A stretch of DNA of 64,000 bases, from assembly GCA_963724345.1 (NCBI GenBank), contig CAVRUI010000002.1:257-64256 (forward strand). The letters run 5' to 3'. Positions 1-10,329 of this stretch are shown here, piece by piece. This stretch comes from an uncultured Chloroflexia bacterium. Lineage in GTDB: Bacteria > Chloroflexota > Anaerolineae > Anaerolineales > RBG-16-64-43. A model generated the notes under the pieces. That model saw only the letters and a list, made by a program, of their open reading frames with translations, was not told the DNA's origin and ran no database searches. A program made the position numbers and the translations under genes. Position 1 is the stretch's first letter; each line of letters begins with the position of its first letter.

Positions 1-327
1 ATCGGATCCCCGTATTGGGATGATGTGTTCGAGGGAACGCTCGAGGAGAACGATCCCGAACTCCGCGGCCGCTTGGCGGCCTACGCCGCCCGGCATCAGC
101 CGGCCGCCTGTCCGGACCAATTCTTTCCGCGCGCCGTCCTGTTCCTGACCGGCGAAAAGGATCCGCACTTCAACCCGGGCCGGGTGAAAGAATTCGCACT
201 CCGGCTGGAAAAATTCTATTCCACGGCGCCGGAAAGAGTGGAGTGCCGGGAGTTCCCTGGAATTGCCCACGAATTCACGCCTGCCATGTGGGAACAGGCG
301 CTGCAATGGCTCGAGCGATTCCTTTAG
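1..327 (+). CDS. alpha/beta hydrolase, C-terminal fragment (5' end outside window)
   Basis: The frame is open from base 1 to the stop at 325-327. FLTGEKDPHF and FPGIAHEF resemble the Asp and His regions of dienelactone-hydrolase/S9-type alpha/beta hydrolases. Confidence 0.45.
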   Translation: MGSPYWDDVFEGTLEENDPELRGRLAAYAARHQPAACPDQFFPRAVLFLTGEKDPHFNPGRVKEFALRLEKFYSTAPERVECREFPGIAHEFTPAMWEQALQWLERFL

Positions 328-345
328 AACGTATTTTTAAAATCA

Positions 346-413
346 TAGACAGGATTTACGGGATTTTTTATTTTTCCTGGATATCCTGAGCAAATCTTGT
401 AAATCCTGTCTAT
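346..413. repeat. word-hairpin repeat, family A (ACAGGATTT words)
   Basis: tagacaggatttacgggatttt (346-367) and its near complement gtaaatcctgtcta (399-412) flank an A/T-rich core. The same words recur at 8421, 18740, 34453 and 61411. Confidence 0.8.
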
Positions 414-437
414 TTAATTCCGTGGTATTCTCACAGG

Positions 438-1620
438 ATGCGATTCTCCTCCCGCGTTCAGACCGACCTTGCGCCGAACGAGTATTACCGCGCCGTCGAA
501 GAAAAGCGCACGGAAAACTCGCCACTCTGGGATCTTACGGTTTCGAATCCCACCCTGGCCGGCCTGGAGTATCCGCTCGAGGTGATCCGCGCCGCGTTGG
601 CCGATGGCGCCGGAGAGCCTTATCAGCCGGACCCGCGCGGGCATCCGGCCGCCCGTAGCGCCGTGGCCGGTTATTACCGCGAGCATGGGATTAACATTTC
701 CGCTGATTCGATCGTTCTGACGTCCGGAACGAGCGAAGCCTACGGCTTCCTTTTTAAATTGCTGTGCACGCCGGGGAAATCCATTTTATTTCCAAAGCCC
801 AGCTACCCGCTGGTTCCCCTGATCTCTGAATTGGAGGGGGTGGCGGCAGAACCTTATGCGCTTTCGAGGGAGAACTGGCGCTGGGATCCGGCATCGCTTT
901 TCGAGTGCCCTGACGCCCGGCGCGCGCGCGGTGGTCGCCGTCTCGCCCAACAATCCCACCGGCAGCATGCTGACCGGGGAGGAACTGCGTGAGCTGAGCG
1001 GGTTTTGCGCCACGCACCGGCTCGCGCTGATCGTCGACGAAGTGTTCCTCGATTATCCCGGGCCGGCCCGCGCCGGGAGCATCGTCTCCTCGGCCGGCAA
1101 CCCGGATACGCTGACTTTCACCCTTGGCGGGCTTTCCAAATCCTGCGGCCTGCCGCAGATGAAGCTGGCCTGGATCGTGGTCGGCGGGCCGGAGCGCGAC
1201 ACGCGGGAGGCGCTTGCCCGCCTGGAGTTCATCGCGGACGCGTTCCTGTCGGTCGGCACGCCGGTCCAGCGGGCCGCTCCCGCGCTTTTGGAACTCGGCA
1301 CGCAGGTCCGCGAGCAGATCCGCCGGCGGGTGGACGCGAATGAGGAAACCCTGAAGAAAATCCTGGGCGGCGTCCCGGGCGTCACGCTCTTCCCGCGCGA
1401 CGGCGGCTGGTACTCGGTCGTCGGGTTGCCTACCGGGACGGATGATGAGGAATTCGCACTGCGGCTGCTGAAGGAAAAAAGCGTCATCGTTCAACCGGGA
1501 TACATGTTCGACATGGAAGACACGCAGGCGGCGATCGTAAGCCTGCTGACCCCGACCGACATCTTCACCGAGGGCGTAAGCCGAATTGGCTTGCTGCTCG
1601 GGAAATCCGCAGACACTTAG
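438..1620 (+). CDS. class I/II pyridoxal-phosphate aminotransferase, interrupted by one frameshift near 898-901
   Basis: ORFs 438-992 and 856-1620 join into one protein. N-terminal part: LWDLTVSNPT and SGTSEAYGFLF. C-terminal part: AVSPNNPTGS and LGGLSKSCGLPQMKLAW (PLP-Lys region). The junction lies in a T4 run. Confidence 0.8.
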
Positions 1621-1695
1621 CACTCCCGCCCCGCCGCAAAGGCTGTTTACAAAGAGGAAGAATAATTGGCTTGGGTGATACCGCAATGGATTGGT

Positions 1696-1771
1696 GTCAT
1701 TCCCGCGTGATCTTAGCGGGAATCCAGGGTTTTCCGGAGTGGATGCCCGCTAAATACGCGCGGGCAAGACG
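1696..1771. repeat. GC-rich REP-like double palindrome (gtcattcccgcg / gcgggaatcc / ggatgcccgc family)
   Basis: gtcattcccgcgtgatcttagcgggaatcc followed by ggatgcccgctaaatacgcgcgggcaagacg. A near copy lies at 13016-13086, and related arms lie at 44918-45012 and 57960-58290. Confidence 0.8.
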
Positions 1772-1841
1772 AAAATTGATGTCCCAACAATTCTTTCTTG
1801 ACAGTTTTTGCACTTTAGGAGGCGGGATTGGGAGTGATTGA

Positions 1842-3598
1842 TTATTCCAATTTGGCTATCCGCTGTTCCAGCAGATCGAATCCGCCCTGCCAGAATTCCG
1901 ACTTCTCAATATGGATCCCCGCGCGTTTCAGGATCGCCGCCGGGCTGGCCGACCCGCCGGCGGAGAGGATGCGCTTGAAGCGCGGCAGGAAGGCGGGACC
2001 CTCCGCCTGGTACTGATGGAAGAGCGCCAGGACGAGCAGCTGGCCGAACGCGTAGGCATAGACATAAAACGGCATTTCGTAAAAATGGGGAATGGCCGCC
2101 CACTCCCAGCGGAATTCATCCGCCAGTTCGACCGAGCTTCCGAACTGGGCCTGCAGGTTCTCCCAATACTTGGCGCACAGATCATCGACCGTCGCGCCCT
2201 TGCCGACCGCGTCGTGCGCCTCGACTTCGAACAGCGCGAAGAACGCCTGGCGCATGATCGTCGCGTAGGCGTCGTCGATCTGGCGGAACAGCAGATCGCG
2301 GCGGACCTCGACGCCGGTCTCTTCTTTAACAGGCTTTCCACCAGCAGCATTTCCGCGAAGGTGGAGGCCGTCTCGGCCAGCGGCAGGCTGGCATCGTAGG
2401 TGAAGAGCGGCAGATCCTCGGCCAGGAGCGCGTGCACGGCGTGCCCCAGTTCGTGGGCCAGGGTAGCCAGGTCGTAGGCGCGGCCCTGGTAGTTGGTGAG
2501 CACCCACGGCGTGAGCGAGGGGAGCACGCTCATGCAGAAGGCGCCGTCGCGCTTGCCGGGACGGACCTCGGCATCCAGCCGCCGGTCGGTCACAACCCGT
2601 TCGGCGAGGGAGGCAAAGGCCGGATCGAACTCCTCGAAGCTTTTGCGCACCAGGTCCCACGCCCGGCCGAAACCGAATTGCTTTTCCGACGGCGCGATGG
2701 GGGCATAAATATCGTAGCGGCGCAGTTTGGGCATGCCCAGCGCGCGCGCCTTCAGCCCGAAGTACTTTTGGAACACCGGCGCGTTCGCGCGGCATACGTC
2801 CAGAAGCAGGCGGACCACCTTGTCCGGAAGATCGTTGGCGAGGTTGCGGACCGCGACCGGGGAGGTGAATTTCCGCAGGCGGACATTTTCATTGCGCCAA
2901 TCCCGGACGAGCGTGGAATAAATCTGCCCCAGGATTGGCCCCTCGCGGCTGTAGACGCTGTACATCGAGCGGTAGGCCGCCTCGCGGACCGACGCATCCG
3001 GAGAGCGGGTGAAGACGGTGAGTTCGGCCCGGCTGAACTGCTTTCGCGCGCCGTCGACTTCCAGGTCGAACAGATAGCGGTTGGTGATCGCCTGATACAG
3101 CGTGGCAAGAGCCCGCGAGCCGGTGGCGTTTTTAATGTTGATTACTTTCTCTTCCGGTTCGGAGAGCGTATGCGGCGCCATGCGGCGGATCTGTTCGAGG
3201 TAGTAGCGGTACGGCCCGGAGCCGGCGAGCAGCCGGCGGGCCGGCGCGGCGGGAAGGGCTTTCCACCAGGTGGAGAAGAACAACAGGCGGTTTTCGATTT
3301 CCGCCATGTGCTGTTCGGTATTGGCCAGCAGCGTCTGCGCGGCCTGATTCTGGGTATCCTCGCAGAAATGCAGTTCGGCGAACGCGGCGATCCGGCGGGC
3401 TAGCGCGCGGATTTCCTCGAACTCCCGGACCAGGCCGACGAACGCCGCCGCGGACATCCGAGGGGAAAGCAGGCGCCGGCTTTTTTCCGCCTTGGCCACC
3501 CTGCGGTCCAAATCGGCGAGCGCCTTTTTAATCTCCGGTCCATCGGGGGATGGGAACAGGATGTCCAGGGACCAGCGGGTGGGTTTGTCCATTTGCAT
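1842..3598 (-). CDS. pepF: oligoendopeptidase F (M3B metallopeptidase), one frameshift near 2325-2329
   Basis: HELGHAVH zinc motif. ORFs 1928-3664 and 1842-2795 are colinear with one M3B protein. The likely start is MQMDKP at 3598; the upstream 22 codons cross a repeat. Confidence 0.85.
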
Positions 3599-3622
3599 AT
3601 AAACCTCGCTTGAAAGTAAGAA

Positions 3623-3659
3623 GGTGGTCGAGTAGCGCACTTCGCGTATCGAGACCACC
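3623..3659. repeat. GGTGGTCGAGTAGC...GTATCGAGACCACC element, copy 1
   Basis: ggtggtcgagtagcgcacttcgcgtatcgagaccacc lies just upstream of the pepF start. Two more copies in inverted orientation lie at 19549-19585 and 19622-19659. Confidence 0.8.
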
Positions 3660-3788
3660 AGCATCCTTCGCTATGATCGGTCCCGATACGGGCTTCGCAA
3701 CCCCCGGTTCCCCCGCTCGCGAATTCTTCGCACCGGGAGATCACCGGCGCTCATCGCTCGGAGGGTACCGCGAGGGCAGGCGCTCAGC

Positions 3789-4877
3789 CTACTCGACCGG
3801 CTTTTCCCGTTCGCGCAACTCTTCGCGCAGCCTGTCGATCGGGATGCGTTTTCCGGACCGGCGGTCGAGCGCCAGCCAGTGCTCCCAGCCATTGCAGGGT
3901 CCGCCGCGGATCAGCCGCGCCAGCTGGTGGATCGAGCCGCGCTTGCCTTTCCAGGAAAGGGAGCCGTCGGCGCACACGCGCGCCTTCTCGCGGCCGCGGG
4001 AATTGAACACCAGCGTATCGCCGGCGGATATCAGGCCCTCTTCCAGCATCCGCCCGAACGGGATCCGTTCGCGCTTGCGAGGGTCGGGGGTGGACAGGTA
4101 TTCCTTTTGGACTCCGGCCCCGGGAACCGCATCAATCCGCCGCCGGGCAGCCGCAATATACACGGGATCCTTTTCAATGCCGAGCCAATGCCGTCCGAGG
4201 CGCTTGGCCACCGCGCCGGTCGTTCCCGAGCCGAAGAACGGGTCGAGCACCAGGCCGCCGGGATCGGTGCTGGAGAGGATCACGCGGTAAAGGAGCGCTT
4301 CCGGTTTCTGGGTGGAGTGCACCTTCTCTCCGCCCTCACGCAGCCGTTCCCTGCCGGAACACACGGGGAGGACCCAATCCGAGCGCATCTGAAGCTCCTC
4401 GTTGAGAGCCTTCATGGCGTGGTGATGGAACGTGTACCGGGCCCCGCGCTCGCGTGCCGCCCAAATCAGGGTTTCATGCGCGTTGGTGAACCGCACGCCG
4501 CGGAAGTTCGGCATCGGGTTGGATTTAATCCAGACGATCTCGTTGAGAATCCAGTATCCCAGATCCTGCAGGATCGCTCCGACGCGGTGGATGTTGTGAT
4601 AGGTGCCGATCACCCACAGGCTCCCGGACGGTTTGAGAACGCGGCGGCATGCGGAGAGCCAATCGCGGGTGAAGCGGTCATATTCCTCAAAGGATGAAAA
4701 CCGGTCCCATCCGTCGTCGACCGCATCCACCCGCGAGCTGTCGGGGCGGTAGAGTTCCTGCCGCAGCTGGAGGTTGTACGGCGGATCGGCGAAGATCAGG
4801 TCGGCGGATTCGCCCGGCAATTGGGGAAGGATTTCTAGGCAGTCACCGGGCAGAATCTTGTCATGTTGTATTTCCAT
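3789..4877 (-). CDS. N6-adenine DNA methyltransferase, beta class, CcrM/M.HinfI-like with CcrM-type C-terminal domain
   Basis: IFADPPYNLQL (motif IV) precedes DPFFGSGTTGAVA (motif I). Long stretches match my recollection of CcrM (LYRPDSSRVDAVDD, NPMPNFRGVRFTNAHETLIWA, STQKPEALLYRVILSS). An extra C-terminal segment of about 90 aa is present (IPFGRMLEEGLISAGDTL). Start ATG is at 4877 or 4898; the 573-aa ORF extension is spurious. Confidence 0.85.
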   Translation of the reverse strand: MEIQHDKILPGDCLEILPQLPGESADLIFADPPYNLQLRQELYRPDSSRVDAVDDGWDRFSSFEEYDRFTRDWLSACRRVLKPSGSLWVIGTYHNIHRVGAILQDLGYWILNEIVWIKSNPMPNFRGVRFTNAHETLIWAARERGARYTFHHHAMKALNEELQMRSDWVLPVCSGRERLREGGEKVHSTQKPEALLYRVILSSTDPGGLVLDPFFGSGTTGAVAKRLGRHWLGIEKDPVYIAAARRRIDAVPGAGVQKEYLSTPDPRKRERIPFGRMLEEGLISAGDTLVFNSRGREKARVCADGSLSWKGKRGSIHQLARLIRGGPCNGWEHWLALDRRSGKRIPIDRLREELREREKPVE

Positions 4878-4995
4878 ATTTATTATTGGAATTTCCATGG
4901 GGTATTCTACCCGAATTGGGGATGTGGACAGGATCGGAACGGCCGCCTGTCTATCGGCTGCATTGACGGTGCGGTAAAATACTGCTCCGCGGGCT

Positions 4996-5098
4996 GACGA
5001 TCGACGATCGAAAACCGACGATCGACCATGGACGATCGACCATCGAAAGACCTCCGCCATAGAAGGTTTTTGCGATGGTCGACTGTCGATGGTCGACC
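4996..5098. repeat. word-hairpin repeat, family E (GATCGACCAT words)
   Basis: gacgatcgaccatggacgatcgaccatcg is opposed by gcgatggtcgactgtcgatggtcgacc across a 28-nt spacer. It lies in the divergent methyltransferase/tkt intergenic region. Confidence 0.75.
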
Positions 5099-7191
5099 GA
5101 AACATACAGGAAGGAATATCCGAGTTGACGAATAAAACCCTATCCCCCGAGCTCGAGGCTCTCTCCATCAACACCCTGCGGTTCCTCGCCGTGGACATGG
5201 TCGAGACGGCAAAGTCCGGGCACCCCGGGCTGCCGATGGGCGCCGCGGCGATGGCGTACACGCTCTGGACGCAGGTCCTGCGGCACAATCCCGCCGACCC
5301 CAAATGGTTCAACCGCGACCGGTTCGTGCTTTCCGCCGGGCACGGGTCGGCGCTCCTGTATGCGCTGTTGCATCTGACGGGGTACGACCTTCCGATGGAG
5401 GAAATCAAGCGCTTCCGCCAGTGGGAGAGCCGCACGCCGGGGCATCCGGAAGCGGAGATCACGCCCGGGGTGGAGGCGACCACCGGCCCGCTGGGGCAGG
5501 GGATTTCCAACGCGGTGGGAATGGCGGCCGCCGAGGCACATCTGGCGGCCCGTTACAACCGCCCCGGTTTCCCGCTGATCAACCATTACACCTACGTGAT
5601 CGCCAGCGACGGCGACCTGATGGAAGGGGTCGGGTCGGAAGCCGCCTCGCTGGCCGGGCACCTCGGGCTGGGCAAGCTGATCGTCCTGTACGACGACAAT
5701 AAAATCTCGCTCTCCGGGTCGACGGCGCTTTGCTTTACGGAGGACGTCTCCGCGCGCTTTGCGGCCTACGGGTGGAACGTGCTTTCCGTCACGGACGGCA
5801 ACGACGTGCGGGCGGTCTCCAAGGCGCTGGCGGATGCCCGCGCGCAAAGCGCCAAGCCGACCTTGATCCGGGTTCGGACCCACATCGGGTACGGCGCGCC
5901 GAAGAAGCAGGATTCGAGCGAAGCACACGGCTCACCGCTGGGAGCGGACGAGTTGCGCGGCGCCAAGGAGAAGCTGGGCTGGCCGGTCGAACCGATGTTC
6001 CTCATTCCCGCGGAAGCGCTCGCGCTTTACCGCGCATGCATGGAAAACGGCGCGCGGCAGGAAAACGAGTGGAACGAACTCCTGGAAAAATACGCGGGTC
6101 AGTTCCCGGAGCCGGCCGCGGAACTCCGCCGCCGGATCACCGGAGAGCTGCCGAAAGGCTGGGAAGAAAAGCTCCCGGCCTTCGCGCCCGCCGACGGCAA
6201 CATCGCCACGCGCAAGGCGTCGGAGAAGATCCTGCAGCAGCTGGCCGACGTACTTCCGGAATTGTTCGGCGGGGCGGCGGACCTCAACCCCTCCACCTTC
6301 ACCTGGATGAAGAAGCTGGGAAACTTCCAGAAGCCCAACGGGCCCCAGGAAAAAATCGAGGGCGCGGTCGAGGGCGGCTGGGATTACAGCGGGCGCAATC
6401 TGCATTTCGGCGTGCGCGAGCACGCGATGGGTTCGATCTGCAACGGCCTGGCGCTGCACGGCGGGTTCATCCCCTTCGGCTCGACCTTCATGGTGTTCTA
6501 CGATTACATGCGCCCGGCGGTGCGGCTCAGCGCGATCTCGAAACTTCGCGTCCTGTGGATCTTCACCCACGACAGCGTCTGGCTCGGCGAGGACGGGCCG
6601 ACCCATCAGCCGATCGAGCACCTGGCGGCGATGCGGGCGACCCCCAACCTGGTCGTCATCCGGCCGGCCGACGCGGCCGAAACCGCCGAAGCCTGGAAGG
6701 TGGCGCTGAAGCGCACTCACGGGCCGACCGTGATGGCCCTTACCCGCCAGAACCTGCCCATCCTCGACCGGACGGAAACGCAAAGCGCGCGGGGGACGGC
6801 AAGGGGCGCCTACGTTCTGTGGGAATCCAAGGCCGGCGCCCCCAAACTGATCCTGATGGCCTCCGGCTCGGAAGTGCACCCGGTCCTGGCGGCCGCGAAA
6901 AAATTGGAACAGGAGGGAATCCCGGCGAGAGTGGTATCCTTCCCGTCCTGGGAGCTCTTCGCCGCGCAGGATGCCGCTTACCGCGAATCCGTCCTGCCCG
7001 CCAATCAGCCGAAGCGCCTGGCCGTGGAAGCGGGCGTATCGCAGGGGTGGGAGAAGTGGGTCGGCGAGCGCGGCGTCATCCTTTCGATCGACACCTTCGG
7101 CGCGTCGGCGCCGATGGCTGTATTGCAGGAAAAATTCGGTTTCACCGCGGATGCCGTCCTGGGGCGGGCGAAGGAACTGCTGAACCGGTAA
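5089..7191 (+). CDS. tkt: transketolase
   Basis: 700-aa ORF with [25 protein letters not shown]-type ThDP motif ([10 protein letters not shown]) and [16 protein letters not shown]. An alternative TTG start at 5125 follows GGAAGGA; the ATG at 5089 lies inside the repeat. Confidence 0.95.
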   Translation: MVDRNIQEGISELTNKTLSPELEALSINTLRFLAVDMVETAKSGHPGLPMGAAAMAYTLWTQVLRHNPADPKWFNRDRFVLSAGHGSALLYALLHLTGYDLPMEEIKRFRQWESRTPGHPEAEITPGVEATTGPLGQGISNAVGMAAAEAHLAARYNRPGFPLINHYTYVIASDGDLMEGVGSEAASLAGHLGLGKLIVLYDDNKISLSGSTALCFTEDVSARFAAYGWNVLSVTDGNDVRAVSKALADARAQSAKPTLIRVRTHIGYGAPKKQDSSEAHGSPLGADELRGAKEKLGWPVEPMFLIPAEALALYRACMENGARQENEWNELLEKYAGQFPEPAAELRRRITGELPKGWEEKLPAFAPADGNIATRKASEKILQQLADVLPELFGGAADLNPSTFTWMKKLGNFQKPNGPQEKIEGAVEGGWDYSGRNLHFGVREHAMGSICNGLALHGGFIPFGSTFMVFYDYMRPAVRLSAISKLRVLWIFTHDSVWLGEDGPTHQPIEHLAAMRATPNLVVIRPADAAETAEAWKVALKRTHGPTVMALTRQNLPILDRTETQSARGTARGAYVLWESKAGAPKLILMASGSEVHPVLAAAKKLEQEGIPARVVSFPSWELFAAQDAAYRESVLPANQPKRLAVEAGVSQGWEKWVGERGVILSIDTFGASAPMAVLQEKFGFTADAVLGRAKELLNR

Positions 7192-7238
7192 AAATTCCGG
7201 CGGGGTGAGAGCCGCCAAAAATTTAGGAGGAATGAACC

Positions 7239-7421
7239 ATGCCTATCCGATTGGGAATCCCGGAACTTCTGATTGTCCTGCTGATCGTGGTGCTTATCTT
7301 CGGCGTGGGGCGGGTCAAGGAAATCGGCACCGCCATCCGCGAATTCCGCAAGGCGTTGAAGGACGACGACGACGATAAGGCAAAGGAAAAGCCGAAGACG
7401 GAAGAAGAAAAGAAATCCTGA
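7239..7421 (+). CDS. tatA: twin-arginine translocase subunit TatA/E
   Basis: 60 aa: GIPELLIVLLIVVLIFGVGRVKEIGTAIREFRKA followed by an acidic/lysine tail. AGGAGG lies 8 nt upstream. Confidence 0.85.
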   Translation: MPIRLGIPELLIVLLIVVLIFGVGRVKEIGTAIREFRKALKDDDDDKAKEKPKTEEEKKS

Positions 7422-7482
7422 CCGGCATCATTCCGCAGGCCACGCACGTTCGAGCACCATAAGGATTTTCCGTAAAGATATT

Positions 7483-7512
7483 CGCATCGACCGAAGCGGC
7501 CGATGCGTTGTT
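7483..7512 (+). terminator. weak hairpin plus T-rich tail between the convergent tatA and VIT genes
   Basis: cgcatcg (7483-7489) pairs with cgatgcg (7501-7507), followed by ttgttt. Confidence 0.3.
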
Positions 7513-7569
7513 TAATGGGCCCGCCGGATCAAACCGGTTCGGACGGAACCCTGCGCCGCCCCTCCCCCG

Positions 7570-8391
7570 CTAAGGGCCGACGATCCCCTTCAGCACGATC
7601 CCGACGATGTACGCCACCCCCGCGGCCAGGCTTCCGACGATCAGCATCTCCAGCCCGCTGCGAATCGGATTGTGGTGCGTGACGACAACCTTGGCGGAGC
7701 CGAGGATGAAGAGCGCCACCCCCGACATGATCAGGGAAACGACAAACGACGTGGACGGCGCGATCGGCACAAAGATCCCCAGCAGGTAAACCAGCAGCGG
7801 GATGGAACCCGCCAGGACAAACGCGGAGAAGGTGGCCAGCGCCGAGCGCAGCGGGGTGCGTTCATCCGGCAACATGCCCAGTTCTTCGACCATCATCGCG
7901 TCCACCCAGAGCTTGGAGTCGCGGCTCTTGATTTCCACCAGCTTTTTCGCGTCCGCCTCGGAATAACCCTGATTGCGGTACACAACCAACAATTCCTGTT
8001 TCTCCCCGTCGGGAAAGTGATCCACCTCCCATTTTTCGCGCGCTTTTTCCTTGGCGTAATATTCCCGCTCGCTTTTCAGGGAGAGAAACGAACCGGTGCC
8101 CATTGAGAAACCGTCCGCAAGCAGATTGGCCATCCCCAGGATCATGAGGACGTTGGCGCCCAGGTTGGCGCCCGCCACCCCGCTGACCACCGAAAAGGTT
8201 GTCACGATGCCGTCCAATCCGCCCAGCACCATATCCCCGATGTACTGTGAGCCGGCCCCGCCGTGCTCCTCGGCCGCCGCCTGCGCGATTGCTTCCGGCG
8301 TGTGAGCCTTGGCGGAAGCGGCCAGATCATCTTTGGTGAAGGAAATTCGGGCCAGGGATAATCGGGGGAGCGGTTTCTTGTCTTTGGCCAT
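7570..8391 (-). CDS. VIT1/CCC1 family iron/manganese transporter
   Basis: GGLDGIVTTFSVVSGVAGA, LLADGFSMGTGSFLS and a C-terminal TM bundle match the VIT family layout. Confidence 0.85.
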   Translation of the reverse strand: MAKDKKPLPRLSLARISFTKDDLAASAKAHTPEAIAQAAAEEHGGAGSQYIGDMVLGGLDGIVTTFSVVSGVAGANLGANVLMILGMANLLADGFSMGTGSFLSLKSEREYYAKEKAREKWEVDHFPDGEKQELLVVYRNQGYSEADAKKLVEIKSRDSKLWVDAMMVEELGMLPDERTPLRSALATFSAFVLAGSIPLLVYLLGIFVPIAPSTSFVVSLIMSGVALFILGSAKVVVTHHNPIRSGLEMLIVGSLAAGVAYIVGIVLKGIVGP

Positions 8392-8420
8392 GGTTGCACC
8401 TCGCGGCGGGAATTAAGAGC

Positions 8421-8532
8421 AATAGACAGGATTTTCAGAATTTTTTCAGGATGGACATGATTATTATTGTAATGAAGAAATATAAGAATTGTATTTCAGT
8501 GAAATCCGTTTTTATCCGTGTAATCCGTGTAC
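8421..8532. repeat. hybrid word repeat: family A arm + A/T core + family D arm
   Basis: aatagacaggattttcagaattttttcaggatggac (8421-8456) and gaaatccgtttttatccgtgtaatccgtgtac (8501-8532). The two arms are not complementary. Confidence 0.75.
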
Positions 8533-8560
8533 AAAGGATTTTTTCGGATACTCTCATGAA

Positions 8561-9640
8561 TTAAGTGGCAAACCGGATGTTGAGGACGTCGCCGTCCTTG
8601 ACCGGATACTCCTTGCCTTCCAGCCGCAGTTTCCCCTTGGTCTTCGCCTCGGCCAGGGAGCCAAGCGCCGTAAGGTCGTCGTAGTGCACCACTTCGGCGC
8701 GGATGAACCCCTTCTGCAAATCGGTGTGGACCACGCCGGCGGCTTCCGGCGCCAGCGCGCCGCGCCTCACCGTCCAGGCGCGCACTTCGTCCTCGCCCAC
8801 GGTGAAAAAGGATTGCAGCCCGAGCAGGTCGTAGGAAAGCCGGATGACGCGGTTCAGCCCCGGCTCTTCGATGCTGAATTCCTTAAGGAAGGCCGCCGCT
8901 TCTTCGGGCGCCATCTGGGCGATTTCCATCTCCACTTTGCCCTGGATCCCGGCCGTGGCGGAACGGCGTCCCGGGGCGGACGGAGAAGGTTCCTTCTGCC
9001 CCTCGCCGAGGTTCCACAGGATCAGCATCGGCTTCTGGGTCAGAAGTCCCATCCCGGAAAGCGCGCGTTCTTCATCGGGCGTGAATTCCATCTCGCGCAG
9101 GGGTTTGTCTTCCTGCAGATGGGCGTGCAATTTCTTGAACAGCTCGACTTCCTTCTGGGCCAGGGCTTTGTCCTTCACGCCGCCCTTGCGCAGTTCATCC
9201 TCAAGCCGCTCGAGTTTCCGCTCGACGGTGATCAGGTCGTTGATCAGAAGTTCCGATTCCATTGCCGTCACGTCGCGGGCCGGGTCGACGCTATGGAGCG
9301 GATGCGGGACGGCCTCATCCGCAAACGCGCGCACCACATTCAGCAGGCCGTCCATCTGGCGCAGTTCCCCAAGCAGCGGCCCCTTCAACTCGCCTTTCGC
9401 GTCCGGGTTGCTTTCGATCCCGGCGATGTCGGCATACGTAACCTGGGCGTAGATCGTCTTGCGCGGTTTGAACAACGCGGAGAGTTTGTCCACGCGCGGA
9501 TCCGGGACCGTGACCACCGCGGTGTGCACCTCGAACCGCCCGCCGCCGAGCATCGAGCCGGTCGGGGCATGGCCGCGGGTGAGCGCGTTGAAGACGGTGG
9601 TTTTGCCGGATTGGGGAAGGCCGATGATGCCGAGGCGCAT
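8561..9640 (-). CDS. ychF: redox-regulated ribosome-binding ATPase YchF
   Basis: MRLGIIGLPQSGKTTVFNALT P-loop, a central coiled insertion and a C-terminal TGS-like LEGKEYPVKDGDVLNIRF. Confidence 0.95.
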   Translation of the reverse strand: MRLGIIGLPQSGKTTVFNALTRGHAPTGSMLGGGRFEVHTAVVTVPDPRVDKLSALFKPRKTIYAQVTYADIAGIESNPDAKGELKGPLLGELRQMDGLLNVVRAFADEAVPHPLHSVDPARDVTAMESELLINDLITVERKLERLEDELRKGGVKDKALAQKEVELFKKLHAHLQEDKPLREMEFTPDEERALSGMGLLTQKPMLILWNLGEGQKEPSPSAPGRRSATAGIQGKVEMEIAQMAPEEAAAFLKEFSIEEPGLNRVIRLSYDLLGLQSFFTVGEDEVRAWTVRRGALAPEAAGVVHTDLQKGFIRAEVVHYDDLTALGSLAEAKTKGKLRLEGKEYPVKDGDVLNIRFAT

Positions 9641-9697
9641 GATATTTTCCTGTGTGCGAGAGGTTGATGGGGATTATAGCATGATGGGAGTAATAAT

Positions 9698-9782
9698 CTC
9701 ACCGCAGAGGCGCAGAGGACGCAGAGAAAATTTATTTTAATTATTCATCCGGGTAATCCGGTTTTTATCCGTGCAATCCGTG
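9698..9782. repeat. hybrid word repeat: family C arm (CGCAGAGG x3) + A/T core + family D arm
   Basis: ctcaccgcagaggcgcagaggacgcagag (9698-9726) and atccgggtaatccggtttttatccgtgcaatccgtg (9747-9782). The arms are non-complementary. Confidence 0.75.
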
Positions 9783-10308
9783 TTCCAAGTATTTCTCCTC
9801 TCCGAAAATCCGCAGGACCTGCCCGAAATACACCTGGTGATAATCGCCGCCGGAATAATTGGCATCGATGGCGGGATCCTGGAACCCGGCCGGATCGATT
9901 TTGCTCGACATAGATTTTCCGGCATTCGAAAACAAGTTCGGCTTCGGCGAAGGCCGGAGAGGCGACAAACCGGGATGCCACGGGCGTCAATCCGGCCGCT
10001 GCGATCTTGTCGCCGTCGCGTCCGGATTTGCTTCCGAGGATGTTCAAGGCCTTGCGGTATGGCTCGGGGAATGCGCACAGCGTGAAGTCGTCGAATTCCT
10101 CGGTGAAGCGGTGCGTGAAACGGGTCGGGCGGACGACCACCTGGGCGAACGGCCGGTTCCACATGATCCCGAGGCTTCCCCAGGAAACCGTCATCGCGTT
10201 GAATTTCCCCGCGGCAAAATCCCCCGCGGTAAGCGCGAACCAACCCTTGTCCCACTGTTGAAAAGGCCGCAGGGCGAGATCCATCGGGGGGATTTCGATT
10301 TTTGGCAT
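9765..10308 (-). CDS. flavin reductase-like (FMN-binding split-barrel) protein, frameshift near 9899-9902
   Basis: MPKIEIPP start at 10308. ...AMTVSWGSLGIMWNRP...ELVFECRKIYVEQ continues in ORF 9765-9968 as IDPAGFQDPAIDANYSGGDYHQVYFGQV. The junction lies in a 4-nt homopolymer. Confidence 0.7.
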
Positions 10309-10329
10309 TGGGTTCCTCTGAAAAAATAT

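Noticed and set aside
3789-5510. The 573-aa version of the methyltransferase ORF, extending 200 codons upstream of MEIQHD.
   Set aside because: The extension crosses the divergent intergenic repeat and runs antisense into tkt. Homology to CcrM-type enzymes starts at the ATG at 4877.
3789-7191. A restriction endonuclease partner for the CcrM-like methyltransferase.
   Set aside because: The immediate neighbours are pepF and tkt. No nuclease-like ORF lies within several kb, and the PD-(D/E)xK gene at 58331 is 54 kb away and fused to a different domain.
8392-8560. yybP-ykoY (manganese) riboswitch upstream of the VIT1/CCC1 transporter gene.
   Set aside because: The region consists of family A and D word arms around an A/T-rich core. 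I could not find the conserved GGAGAGUAG-type core.
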